Assembly: GCA_965215565.1 (NCBI GenBank)
Contig: CBDCDZ010000004.1
Span: forward strand, 2,272,001 to 2,336,000
Length of the DNA: 64,000 nt
Direction of reading: 5' to 3'
DNA from: Trueperaceae bacterium
GTDB taxonomy: Bacteria > Deinococcota > Deinococci > Deinococcales > Trueperaceae
Part shown: positions 50,120 through 59,071 of the stretch, in pieces
Layout: each line of letters begins with the position of its first letter
Numbering within the stretch: the stretch's first letter is position 1
Made by a program: the position numbers and the translations under genes
The notes under the pieces: generated by a model
The model's database searches: none
The model's input: only the letters and a program-made list of their open reading frames with translations
Told to the model about the DNA's origin: nothing

Positions 50120-50277
50120 TAGCAGGTATCATCTGGTCAGAGTGTATGTAAGTTTTGCGAAGCAACACTCGCACTTTGTAAAATGACGTCTATCACGCAC
50201 TTCAAGGGATGAAATCCCGCTAGTCCTTACGGACAGAGATCTGCGCTCAACTGTCTCAATATGTTGTGGAACTGCTA
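50120..50277 (+). mobile_element. MITE-like element family A copy
   Basis: TAGCAGGTATCA ... TGGAACTGCTA; CTGGTCAGAGTGTA, GCGAAGCAACACTC, AAGGGATGAAAT shared with the 48708 copy. Confidence 0.75.
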
Positions 50278-50344
50278 GTATATACGCGAATGCCCCTCAC
50301 GGCTCCTGCGTTACCGCATACACAAAACGTGGTACACCACCTAA

Positions 50345-51838
50345 TTATATGCCGCTCACATTCACCTCACGCCCCAACGCCTCTAGCTCGTTGGCTAAGG
50401 GCTCGGCGCGTTCAGCTAAGACCGCGTTCAAGATAAGCTCGATGGCTTGCTCCACCGCCTGGTCGAAGTCGTTCGTTTCGATGACGGGGACGCCCTCCTC
50501 TTCGGCGCGCTCCACCATGAAGTTCTGCAGGATGCGGATTTCGCCAAAGTGCTCCAAGTAGACCGCGCTGGTGCGTCGCTGCCGCGTCTGCAGCTCGCGC
50601 ACGCCGAAGTAGCTGCGGTGCCGCTCCTCGTCGGTGACCCGCAAGACGAGTTCGATGACCGTGGCCCCGTCGCGTTCAGGCAGGGGCATGAAGCCCGGCA
50701 CGAGGTGAATTCCCTCGAGTACCAAAGAGGTAGTCTCTTCGATGTTGCGGTCCAAGATGGCTAGGAGCGCGGTGGTGAGCTGCTGCACCTGCCGCTGAAA
50801 GCCGCGCACCACGCGCTTGCGCTTAGGCTTGGCGTTTTTGAGTTCGCTCGGGAGCAGCTCGGCGCGCCACGCGGAGAAGCTCGAGGCGTGCAGCGCCGGG
50901 CTCAGCTCCGCACTGATCAAGGAGCGCAGCGCCTGGCGCACCGAGTCCGACGAGACGATGCGCGGAATGCCCAGCCGGTACGAAAGCTCCGAGGCGAGAC
51001 TCGACTTGCCGACGCCCGGCGCGCCGCCGATCAGTACGATGATGGGCTTGTCGGGGCGGCGCACGCTCCGCATTAACTCGTAGCGGCGGGCGAACTCCTC
51101 GCCGGCTTCTCCTAAGAGAAGCGCCCTGACCGCGCGGCGCACCTCGTCGCGCTTGACCTCTCGCTTGCCCCTGCGCCAGAGCACGTTTTCGGCGCGCTTA
51201 GCGAGCTGGTGCGACAACTCGGGACCGAGCCCTACCGCCATCAACGATTGAGCGAGGATGCCCCTCGAGTAAGGAAACCGCGCCCCGTTGGGCTCTAAAA
51301 CGACGAGTTCGCCCGGCTGCTCCGTCTTCGCCTCGTAACGCGTGCGGGCGGCGCGTCCTAAAAGCGCCTCTAAACTCAGCGCGACTTGCTGCATCAGCTC
51401 GCGCTCCGTGACCACCTCGGAGCCGTTCGTGCGGAACGTCCGCTCGACCTGGCTAGCGACGGCGTGGGCGTCTTTGAACGAGACGTCCAGCTTTTGCAGC
51501 GATTTGGCGAGGGTGCGCCTCGAGAAGGGCGTCTGCTCGCCTTCTAGCGCCACCATAATCGGCACGAAGGGCGGCGTTTGCCGAGTGAAGCGTTCGGCGA
51601 CGTCAGCGCCGAAATCTTTCTCGAGCACCTGACTTACGTAAGTCACTAAGTCACCCAGCGCTACATTCTTCTCGCCCTCGCTGCGCAGGTGCTTCTCGGT
51701 CTGCCGCGCCACCATGATCGCCTCGTCGGTGGGCATCCCAACGCCCTGGAGCGATTCGACGACTGCGCCCAGCGTAAAAGCGTACTTCTCCCTGTCGCCG
51801 CCCTTATCGCGCACCACCCTGAAGTCGCGCCGCTTCAC
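50345..51838 (-). CDS. ATP-cone repeat protein with 2-phosphoglycerate-kinase-like P-loop domain
   Basis: Three ATP-cone-like repeats (PFSRRTLAKSL, PYSRGILAQSL); IGGAPGVGKS, SSDSVRQ, LEGIHLVP. Confidence 0.82.
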   Translation of the reverse strand: MKRRDFRVVRDKGGDREKYAFTLGAVVESLQGVGMPTDEAIMVARQTEKHLRSEGEKNVALGDLVTYVSQVLEKDFGADVAERFTRQTPPFVPIMVALEGEQTPFSRRTLAKSLQKLDVSFKDAHAVASQVERTFRTNGSEVVTERELMQQVALSLEALLGRAARTRYEAKTEQPGELVVLEPNGARFPYSRGILAQSLMAVGLGPELSHQLAKRAENVLWRRGKREVKRDEVRRAVRALLLGEAGEEFARRYELMRSVRRPDKPIIVLIGGAPGVGKSSLASELSYRLGIPRIVSSDSVRQALRSLISAELSPALHASSFSAWRAELLPSELKNAKPKRKRVVRGFQRQVQQLTTALLAILDRNIEETTSLVLEGIHLVPGFMPLPERDGATVIELVLRVTDEERHRSYFGVRELQTRQRRTSAVYLEHFGEIRILQNFMVERAEEEGVPVIETNDFDQAVEQAIELILNAVLAERAEPLANELEALGREVNVSGI

Positions 51839-51904
51839 GCTGACGCCTCTTTCAGATATGTTGCGCGTAGCCCCCGGTGCATAAGGGAGGCTACCATGTT
51901 AAGG

Positions 51905-51999
51905 AAGCAATGAGTACCGAGCAATGAGCAATGAGTTAAAAGCCTTTAGACTCGTTGCTCATTGCTTTTAACTCATTGCTTCCTTTAGACTCATTGCTA
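51905..51999. repeat. mirrored heptamer element, copy 5
   Basis: agcaatgag..gagcaatgagcaatgag ... ctcgttgctcattgct..ctcattgct..ctcattgct. Confidence 0.85.
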
Positions 52000-52004
52000 A
52001 GGCA

Positions 52005-52616
52005 CTAAGCCGCCTCCAACACGTCCAAAAAGTTTTTGAGCACATTGCCCGTCATACCCCAGATGACGCGCTCTCGCCAAGGGTAGTAGTAGAGGGTGCG
52101 CGGCGTCCCCTCTAAGTAACGAATTTCGGTGCGGGGCGCTAAGGTGCGCAGCTCGGCGAGCGGCACCGTGAACGCTTCTTCGACTTCGGCGGGGTTGAGC
52201 GTCAAAGGCTGGGGCCAGTTCACTACGCCGACGATGGGCGTCACCACGTAGCGCGCGGGCGAGGGCAGCTCGCTCAGCTCGCCTAAGAGTGCGTCCTCGC
52301 CCACACGTAAGCCAACCTCTTCGAGCGTTTCGCGGCGCGCGGTCTGCGCCGCAGTTTCGCCGGGGTCACTGCGCCCGCCCGGAAAGGAAATCTGCCCGGC
52401 GTGGTTCGAGAGCGTCGCGGAACGCACCGTGAAAAGCAGCTCGAAACCGTCCGGTCCGCGCAGGAGCGGCACGAGCACCGCCGCTTGGCGAAAGCCGTTG
52501 ATCGACATCGTTTCGCGCTCGGCGTGTTTGAGGTTGGTCCTGAGTTTAGAAACTACCTCGTCGTCCGTCAGATCGGGCGCTCCAGAAGAGGCGTTGGGCG
52601 TTGCATCAGCGCTCAT
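52005..52616 (-). CDS. Nudix hydrolase, CoA pyrophosphatase family
   Basis: AAVLVPL, HAGQISFPGG...ARRETLEEVGL, IWGMTG. Confidence 0.92.
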   Translation of the reverse strand: MSADATPNASSGAPDLTDDEVVSKLRTNLKHAERETMSINGFRQAAVLVPLLRGPDGFELLFTVRSATLSNHAGQISFPGGRSDPGETAAQTARRETLEEVGLRVGEDALLGELSELPSPARYVVTPIVGVVNWPQPLTLNPAEVEEAFTVPLAELRTLAPRTEIRYLEGTPRTLYYYPWRERVIWGMTGNVLKNFLDVLEAA

Positions 52617-52634
52617 GTAGACACTTTGGGCACG

Positions 52635-53237
52635 TCACGTCGTCACCTCGGCTAGGGCCCTAGCGTCCGCCGCCTCGCGGAGCGCGAGTTCCGGGTTGAC
52701 GCCCGCAGCGCGCGCGTAGTCCACTACCGCGAGCAGCAGTTCGCCAACCTCTTTGTCTGCCGACTTCACGACCTCCTCTTTCGAGCCCTCCGCCCAGCCC
52801 AGCTTCTTGCCAAGCTCGTGCGCCCGCATCAGCGCGGGCAGCGCGCGCGGCACCGTCTCGGCGGGCGAGACTTCACCCCTCTTCTCAGTCGCCTTGATCG
52901 CTTGCCAATTCGCCAAGACCTCAGCGGCGTTCTCTGCTCTCGCGTCCGCGAAGATATGCGGATGCCGCCGAACTAACTTGGCGACGATCGCCTCTTCTAT
53001 AGCGGCGTAGTCGAAGCGCCCGTCCGCTTCGGCGATGACCGCGTGAAAGGCGACTTGCAAAAGCACGTCACCGAGTTCGTCGGTCATCGCTGCGTCGTCA
53101 CCCGAGGAGATGGCGTCCACAGCTTCGGCGGCTTCCTCGAGCAGATAGGGTCTCAGTGACTCGTGCGTCTGCTCCTTATCCCACGGGCACCCGTCCGGCG
53201 CGCGCAGGCGGCGCATCGTCTCTAGTAATCGTTGCAT
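52635..53237 (-). CDS. mazG: MazG-family NTP pyrophosphohydrolase
   Basis: LRAPDGCPWDKEQTHESL..YLLEEA, ELGDVLLQ, KLVRRHPH. Confidence 0.9.
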   Translation of the reverse strand: MQRLLETMRRLRAPDGCPWDKEQTHESLRPYLLEEAAEAVDAISSGDDAAMTDELGDVLLQVAFHAVIAEADGRFDYAAIEEAIVAKLVRRHPHIFADARAENAAEVLANWQAIKATEKRGEVSPAETVPRALPALMRAHELGKKLGWAEGSKEEVVKSADKEVGELLLAVVDYARAAGVNPELALREAADARALAEVTT

Positions 53238-53261
53238 AAGGCAGTCTACCGCGCAGATGTC

Positions 53262-53372
53262 GAGAGAGAAAGGTTAAAGAGAAAAGAGGAAAGTTCCAAT
53301 CTTATCCTCTTTAACCTTTTCTCTTTCCTCTCACTCCTTTCAACCGTCTTTCGCCTCAGTCTTTTTCTCTTT
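53262..53372. repeat. purine-rich/pyrimidine-rich mirrored low-complexity element
   Basis: gagagagaaaggttaaagagaaaagagga ... tcctctttaacctttttctctttcctctc. Confidence 0.55.
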
Positions 53373-54136
53373 TAACTTAGCTTGATCGCCGCCCAGTGCC
53401 GCCCCGTCTTGCCCGCGTCGCGCCGATGCGAATAGAAGCGCGCGGCGTCGCTGTAGGTGCACCAACCCGATCTCCAAACATTTTCAGGAAGAACGCCCGC
53501 ACGCCTCAGCGCCCAGCGGTTCGCCGCCGCGATATCCAACCGGAAGCGTCCCTTGTCGTCAGGGTAGGAGACGTGCTCGGGAAAGCCCGCGTCCGCGAAC
53601 GCCTGCGCGACCTCCTCCCCGACTTGGTAGCGCGGCGCGCTGATACCTGGTCCGGCGGCGACGCGGATGTTGCGGGGGTCAGAGCCGTAAAGCGCCCCCA
53701 TCTTGCGAACGACTTCCCCCGCGATTCCCTTTACCGTACCGCGCCAGCCGCAGTGCGCCGCCCCCACAACCCCTTTCACGGGGTCGTGAAACAGGAGCGG
53801 CAGACAGTCCGCTACGCTAACCACGAGGAGCAGTTTCGGGTCGTCCGTCACCGAGGCGTCCGCTTCTCGCTCGAACCAAGTCGGCGCGCCTTTGATAACG
53901 CGCGCGCTGTGGACTTGATGGAAGGCGCAAACCTCTCCTTCGGTCACGCCGAACGCCGCCATGACCCTGCGGCGGTTCTCCGCAACCTGCTCAGGCGCGT
54001 CGCCGCTGCTGAGCCCCAAGTTAAGACTGTCGTAAGGTACCGCGCTGACGCCGCCTGTTCGTACGGTGAAGCCGTGCGGCACGCCTAAATTGGGCGCAGT
54101 GAGGAGGTCTAAGGTGGACGTGTCGGCTGTGCGCAT
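53372..54136 (-). CDS. pgeF: peptidoglycan editing factor / YfiH-like purine nucleoside phosphorylase
   Basis: HGFTVRTGG, SLNLG, QVHS, ADCLP, HCGWRG, FYSHRR. Confidence 0.93.
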   Translation of the reverse strand: MRTADTSTLDLLTAPNLGVPHGFTVRTGGVSAVPYDSLNLGLSSGDAPEQVAENRRRVMAAFGVTEGEVCAFHQVHSARVIKGAPTWFEREADASVTDDPKLLLVVSVADCLPLLFHDPVKGVVGAAHCGWRGTVKGIAGEVVRKMGALYGSDPRNIRVAAGPGISAPRYQVGEEVAQAFADAGFPEHVSYPDDKGRFRLDIAAANRWALRRAGVLPENVWRSGWCTYSDAARFYSHRRDAGKTGRHWAAIKLS

Positions 54137-54639
54137 GGCCCAAGTTTAGCTCGAGCTAAAGCCGTAACGTGCAAGTGCGAGGGTTTGTAAAACCCCCTTC
54201 GCAACACCCATTTCACCCGTTCGGCATATTTGTAATGAAATTTTCAGGGCGATGAGCCTGGTCTCGAGCACCCGGCGTCTCCCAACCACGCTTGTTTCTT
54301 ACCAGCCCTCTTATTTCTTAGAGGTCAACACAACCCGGTCAAAGCGCGCACCACACCCCTTTTTTTCAAGAAGGTTTGTGACGAGCGGCATCCCACCTCA
54401 ACGGGTTTCCCTCTCGAGAAATGAGTGAAGAGGTGGAAACAGCGTGAGGCAAGAGATTATAGGTCTACTAGGGGACGTCGCCCGCGCCCGTTCGACTCCG
54501 ACATCCAGTTATTCGAGCCGTGCGACCTAAACGTGCCGCCGCACGGGAGGTTGCGTCACAATAAGCTCGAGTGACAAAGCGAGTCGCAGGGACGAACCAG
54601 CAACTTGAATGACTTAAAGACAAGGCAAAGGAGAGCACG

Positions 54640-55539
54640 TTGAATACAGCGAACAGAATATGGAGCGGTACGAAGGTTTTCGGTTGGACAGTTTTACTTC
54701 TCGTCCTCCTAGCAGGCTGCAGCACCTTTTCGGAGGAGGAACCGGCGCTTTTAGTAGACGGTAAAAATGCCGAGGTTGCGGCGCAGGGGTCACCCACCGT
54801 TTCGGGCAAGCTCAGCCTGAGCATCCGCTCCTACCTGCCGATTTCAAAGGTTGAATACTACCTCGGTCCGACCAACGGGAGACCGTGGAAAGTCGCCACC
54901 GAACAACCCTTCGCCGCCGAGCTTGACACGGCGACGCTCGAGGACGGCGAACACACTATTTCCGCGCTTATCTACGTGGGTAGAAACGTCGTTGAGCCTG
55001 CGCCGCTTCTCATCGTCGTTGACAACTCGGACGACGACTCGAGCACTCCCCCCGACGACGGTGCGGGAACAAACCCTCCGCCCTCAGACCCGGAGCCTAG
55101 CCCGCCTTCAGATACACCACAAGGGGACACGCTGTCTCGGATGCTCGCGCTCGTCAACGAGGCGCGCAGCACGGGTTACGACTGTGACAGCAAAGGAAGT
55201 TTCGGTCCCACAAGTCCCCTCGAGCTAGACAGCCGCCTCTCTGCTGCTGCCCAAGTACAGGCTGACTATCTCGCTACGCGATCAGTCGAAGGTCTAACCC
55301 ACACAGGTCCGGGCGGCAGTGCAGTCAGCGACCGCGTCTCCGCTGAAGGCTACGTCTGGTCAACGGTAGGCGAGAACATCGCGGCGGGTCAACCCACACC
55401 GGAAGTGGTGACACAAGGGTGGCTCGAGAGTGACGGTCACTGCAGCAACATCATGAATCCTTCCTATCAAGAGATCGGTCTCGCCGTCGCTGGGGACAAC
55501 AGTCTCAGATGGGTCCAGGTGTTCGCTGCGCCCCGCTAA
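54640..55539 (+). CDS. lipoprotein with Ig-like domain, Pro-rich linker and CAP (SCP) domain
   Basis: Lipobox LAGC; 'LVNEARS', GENIAAG, WLESDGHC.NIM. Confidence 0.85.
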   Translation: MNTANRIWSGTKVFGWTVLLLVLLAGCSTFSEEEPALLVDGKNAEVAAQGSPTVSGKLSLSIRSYLPISKVEYYLGPTNGRPWKVATEQPFAAELDTATLEDGEHTISALIYVGRNVVEPAPLLIVVDNSDDDSSTPPDDGAGTNPPPSDPEPSPPSDTPQGDTLSRMLALVNEARSTGYDCDSKGSFGPTSPLELDSRLSAAAQVQADYLATRSVEGLTHTGPGGSAVSDRVSAEGYVWSTVGENIAAGQPTPEVVTQGWLESDGHCSNIMNPSYQEIGLAVAGDNSLRWVQVFAAPR

Positions 55540-55912
55540 AGGTCACGTTCGTTACGAAGATGGTTCAGTCCTCAAATGAGACTGAACCATTTTGCTGTGA
55601 GGGAATACCGCAACGCGAAACTCACGCGAAGGTCTGGCGAGGGGGCTGAGAAGGATGGTCGGGGGGAAGCGTTGCTCGAGCCTAGCGAATGGTGAAACTA
55701 AAACTATCTTGGGCGTCGTGCGCTGGGTAGCAAAGCCGTAGCCCATCCGGGTGTACGCTGAACTCTGCGGCTGAATAAGACAAAGTTCAGGGCAACTGAG
55801 CTTATATCGAGCAGCCTACTACATGCAAAAACCACCTAGAACCAGACTATATTTATCTACTTTTTAGTCAAAGAGTGCGACTTGGCTAAACGTCAGTCAG
55901 GAAGGACTCTTT

Positions 55913-57229
55913 ATGTCAACCTCATTCGAAAGCTTCAATCTTCACCCCCGCGTCGCCGCCGGTCTCAAGACCGCTGGTTACAGCACGCCTACCCCCATCC
56001 AACAGCGCGCTATACCGAGTGTTTTAGAGGGGCGCGACGTGTTGGGTTTGGCGCAGACCGGCACGGGCAAAACCGCCGCTTTCGCGCTGCCGCTCCTCCA
56101 CCGCCTCCAGGACGGTCCGAGGGGGCGTATCCGGGCGCTCATCGTCGCGCCGACGCGCGAGTTAGCCGAACAGATTAACGACGAGATTCGCCTGCTCGGG
56201 AAGAGCACGAATTTGCGGAGCGCTACCGTGTACGGCGGCGTGGGTATGACGCCGCAGATACGCGCTCTGAAGGGCAACGCCGAAGTTATCGTGGCGTGCC
56301 CTGGGCGCTTGCTAGACCACATAGAGCGCAACAACGCGGACCTCTCTAAACTAGAGGTGCTCGTTTTGGACGAGGCGGACCACATGTTCGACATGGGCTT
56401 TTTGCCCGCGATTAAGTCCATCGTCAAGCGCGTGCCGCACGGGGCGCAGCGCCTCCTCTTCTCCGCCACGATGCCTGACGCGCTGCGGCAGCTCGCCAAA
56501 AGCATCTTGAACAATCCTATCACCGTAGAGATCGGGCAAGCCGCGCCCGCTGAGACCGTCACGCACGCGCTCTACCCGGTGGCGCGCCATCAGAAGACCG
56601 CCATGCTCAAACACCTCTTGCGCGCCCACGATACCCGCTCGGCGCTCGTCTTTACCCGCACGAAGCACGGTGCGAAGCGCCTCGCGGCGCAACTCGACAA
56701 GGACAACTTCTTCGCGACGTCGCTCCAGGGCAACTTGTCGCAAAACAAGCGGCAAAAGGCGCTAGACGGCTTTAAGCGGGGTGACGTTCACGTCTTAGTC
56801 GCCACCGACATCGCCGCGAGAGGCATCGACGTGTCGCGCGTCTCGCACGTCATCAACTACGACATCCCCGACACACCCGAGGCGTACACCCACCGCCTTG
56901 GGCGGACCGGACGCGCTGAGCGGAGCGGCGAGGCGTTCACGTTCGTCACGCCGGACGATGAGAGCGCCGTTCGCGCCATCGAGCGCTCGCTTGGGGAACG
57001 GATAGGGCGCGTCACCCTCGACACCTTTGTCTATGAAAGCGCGCAGGAGAACCGCACCACTTCCGACGAGTCGCCCCCCTCTCGGCGCAAGCAAGCGGGG
57101 CGCGGAGGTGGGCGCTCGAACCGTCCGTCACGTTCAGAAAGCGCGAAAGGGCGGGGCGTGGGTGGAGAGGGCGCAGGCGGGCAGCGCTCACAGCGTCGCC
57201 GCCGCAAGAACGTCAAAAAAGAGGGGTAA
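55913..57229 (+). CDS. DEAD-box RNA helicase (RhlE-like)
   Basis: AQTGTGKT, PTRELA, DEAD, SAT, ARGID, HRLGRTGR; basic RGG-rich tail. Confidence 0.95.
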   Translation: MSTSFESFNLHPRVAAGLKTAGYSTPTPIQQRAIPSVLEGRDVLGLAQTGTGKTAAFALPLLHRLQDGPRGRIRALIVAPTRELAEQINDEIRLLGKSTNLRSATVYGGVGMTPQIRALKGNAEVIVACPGRLLDHIERNNADLSKLEVLVLDEADHMFDMGFLPAIKSIVKRVPHGAQRLLFSATMPDALRQLAKSILNNPITVEIGQAAPAETVTHALYPVARHQKTAMLKHLLRAHDTRSALVFTRTKHGAKRLAAQLDKDNFFATSLQGNLSQNKRQKALDGFKRGDVHVLVATDIAARGIDVSRVSHVINYDIPDTPEAYTHRLGRTGRAERSGEAFTFVTPDDESAVRAIERSLGERIGRVTLDTFVYESAQENRTTSDESPPSRRKQAGRGGGRSNRPSRSESAKGRGVGGEGAGGQRSQRRRRKNVKKEG

Positions 57230-57241
57230 TACCCTTTCCGG

Positions 57242-57270
57242 TTAAATACGCTACTCTGTAGCGTATTTAA
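57242..57270. terminator. perfect 13-bp hairpin after the helicase gene (terminator or stabiliser)
   Basis: TTAAATACGCTAC-TCT-GTAGCGTATTTAA. Confidence 0.5.
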
Positions 57271-57298
57271 TCCCGAGCGGATGCGAGTAGAAATAGTG

Positions 57299-57383
57299 AC
57301 GGATTCCGGTGAGCACGGAATCAACTCCGGCTCCAACGAAGCACGCAGTGTCGGAGTTTATGCAGTAATCAACCGGAATCCGT
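57299..57383. repeat. small non-coding element with ACGGATTCCGGT terminal inverted repeats
   Basis: ACGGATTCCGGT ... ACCGGAATCCGT with an inner ACTCCG/CGGAGT stem. Confidence 0.65.
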
Positions 57384-57599
57384 GTAACATGGCGGAAAAG
57401 CTCGAGGTCTTAGGGGGGAGACGCGCCTAAGAGGTTCGGGCTCAAGCCCGGTAAACGCGGCGCTGCAAAGGATGCTTGGCTGACTTCGTGGTCATCAGCG
57501 TTCATCTTAAAATAGTCCCAACTCTAACGTCACACTACGAGTTTGACTATGAATCTGAACATAGACCTCGCAGCAACAAGAAGTTTGGAATTTTGATCT

Positions 57600-58364
57600 A
57601 TGAGTTTAGCAGCGCCTTCTAACCCAACTGTCCTCATCATCGAGGACGAACCCACGATGGCGGACATCCTCGCCGAAAACCTGAGCGAAGAGGGCTACGA
57701 CGTGGAGGTCGCGCCCAACGGCAACGCGGGCTTGCAGACGTGGCGTACGCTTCAGCCCAACCTCGTCGTTTTGGACGTCATGCTCCCCTACAAAAGCGGC
57801 TATGAGGTCTGCAAAACGATGCGCGAGAGCGGCGACACGACGCCCGTCCTCTTTTTGAGCGCCAAAGGTCAGCCCGAAGACCGCGTGCAAGGACTCCTCG
57901 CAGGCGGTGACGACTACCTCCCCAAACCCTTTCATCTACCCGAGTTCTTGCTCCGCGTTCAAAATATGCTCAAACGTCAAGACTGGGGGCGACAAGCGCA
58001 GAACGGGCAAGCGCAAAGTGAACGTCCAACTGAAGCGGTGCTTCACTTCGGCGGGCATGAGGTCAACTTTCGCACCTGGACGGTGACCTTGGCGAGTGGA
58101 CGGAGCGAACTCCTCAGCGAGCGTGAGCTAGGTATCCTCAAACTCCTATCTGAGCGTGAGAATGAGGTCGTGAGCCGTGACGACATCTTAGATGAGGTCT
58201 GGGGTGACGACACTTTTCCGTCAAGTCGTACGGTAGACAACTTCGTGATGCGGCTGCGCAAGCTCTTCGAGCCAGAACCCTCGAGCCCCGTCTACTTTCA
58301 CACCGTGTGGGGCGTGGGGTACAAGTTCACGCCGGACGGTATGGAGCAACCTGGTAAAATATAG
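57600..58364 (+). CDS. OmpR/PhoB-family response regulator
   Basis: IIEDE, LDVMLP, DDYLPKPF; wHTH 'SRTVDNFVMRLRK...TVWGVGYKF'. Confidence 0.95.
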   Translation: MSLAAPSNPTVLIIEDEPTMADILAENLSEEGYDVEVAPNGNAGLQTWRTLQPNLVVLDVMLPYKSGYEVCKTMRESGDTTPVLFLSAKGQPEDRVQGLLAGGDDYLPKPFHLPEFLLRVQNMLKRQDWGRQAQNGQAQSERPTEAVLHFGGHEVNFRTWTVTLASGRSELLSERELGILKLLSERENEVVSRDDILDEVWGDDTFPSSRTVDNFVMRLRKLFEPEPSSPVYFHTVWGVGYKFTPDGMEQPGKI

Positions 58365-58385
58365 ACAGAAGGTATATACTTTCTT

Positions 58386-58670
58386 ATGGAACTGAACACG
58401 GTTGAAAAAGATAAGCAGCGCAATGAGAAACAAGACGAGACCGCCAAGTTGTTCAAGAATGGTAACTCCCAGGCGGTCAGACTGCCCAAAGCCTACCGTT
58501 TTGAAGGGGACAAAGTCTTTATCCGCCAAGAAGGAGATAACATTATCTTGTCGCCCTATAAGAGCCCTACCGAACGACTCATCGAGAGCTTAGCGATGTT
58601 TACAGACGACTTTCATCTCGAGCGCAACCAGCCTACTCGGGTCGAAGAGCGTGAACCCTTTGACCCATGA
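58386..58670 (+). CDS. vapB: AbrB-type antitoxin VapB
   Basis: TAKLFKNGNSQAVRLPKAYRF. Confidence 0.92.
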   Translation: MELNTVEKDKQRNEKQDETAKLFKNGNSQAVRLPKAYRFEGDKVFIRQEGDNIILSPYKSPTERLIESLAMFTDDFHLERNQPTRVEEREPFDP

Positions 58671-59071
58671 CCTATCTGCTAGACACCGACATTTGCATCT
58701 ATATTCTCAACCGAAGACCGACTCAGGTCGCCGAAAAATTTAGAGAGGTCGGGGCTGAGAACATCGCGCTGTCTAGCATCACGATTGCCGAGCTGTATTA
58801 TGGCGCGGAGAAAAGCCGCTCAGGTGAGCGCAATAGGCGAGCACTGGCGCAGTTCATCGCGGCACTTATCACTGCTGATTTTGGCGCGGAAGACGCCAAA
58901 GTTTACGCAAAGCTCAGAGCAGGCCTCGAGCGTCAAGGCACACCCATCGGTCCCTTGGACACCCTTATCGCCGCGCACGCGCTCAATTTAGAGGCGACTT
59001 TAGTCACGAACAACACCCGCGAGTTTTCAAGAATCCCTGACCTTCTCGTAGAAAATTGGGCTGATGTCTAA
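58667..59071 (+). CDS. vapC: PIN-domain toxin VapC
   Basis: YLLDTDICI, AELYYG, IGPLDTLIAAHA, LVTNNTREF; ATGA overlap with vapB. Confidence 0.95.
   Translation: MTYLLDTDICIYILNRRPTQVAEKFREVGAENIALSSITIAELYYGAEKSRSGERNRRALAQFIAALITADFGAEDAKVYAKLRAGLERQGTPIGPLDTLIAAHALNLEATLVTNNTREFSRIPDLLVENWADV

Noticed and set aside
2528..51999. Heptamer repeats as a CRISPR array
   Set aside because: Units are 7 nt, mirrored and dispersed, with no unique spacers and no cas genes.
57547..57565. CTATG...CATAG palindrome as a DdrO/RDRM operator
   Set aside because: Spacing and core do not fit the 17-bp consensus, and the downstream gene is not a typical regulon member.
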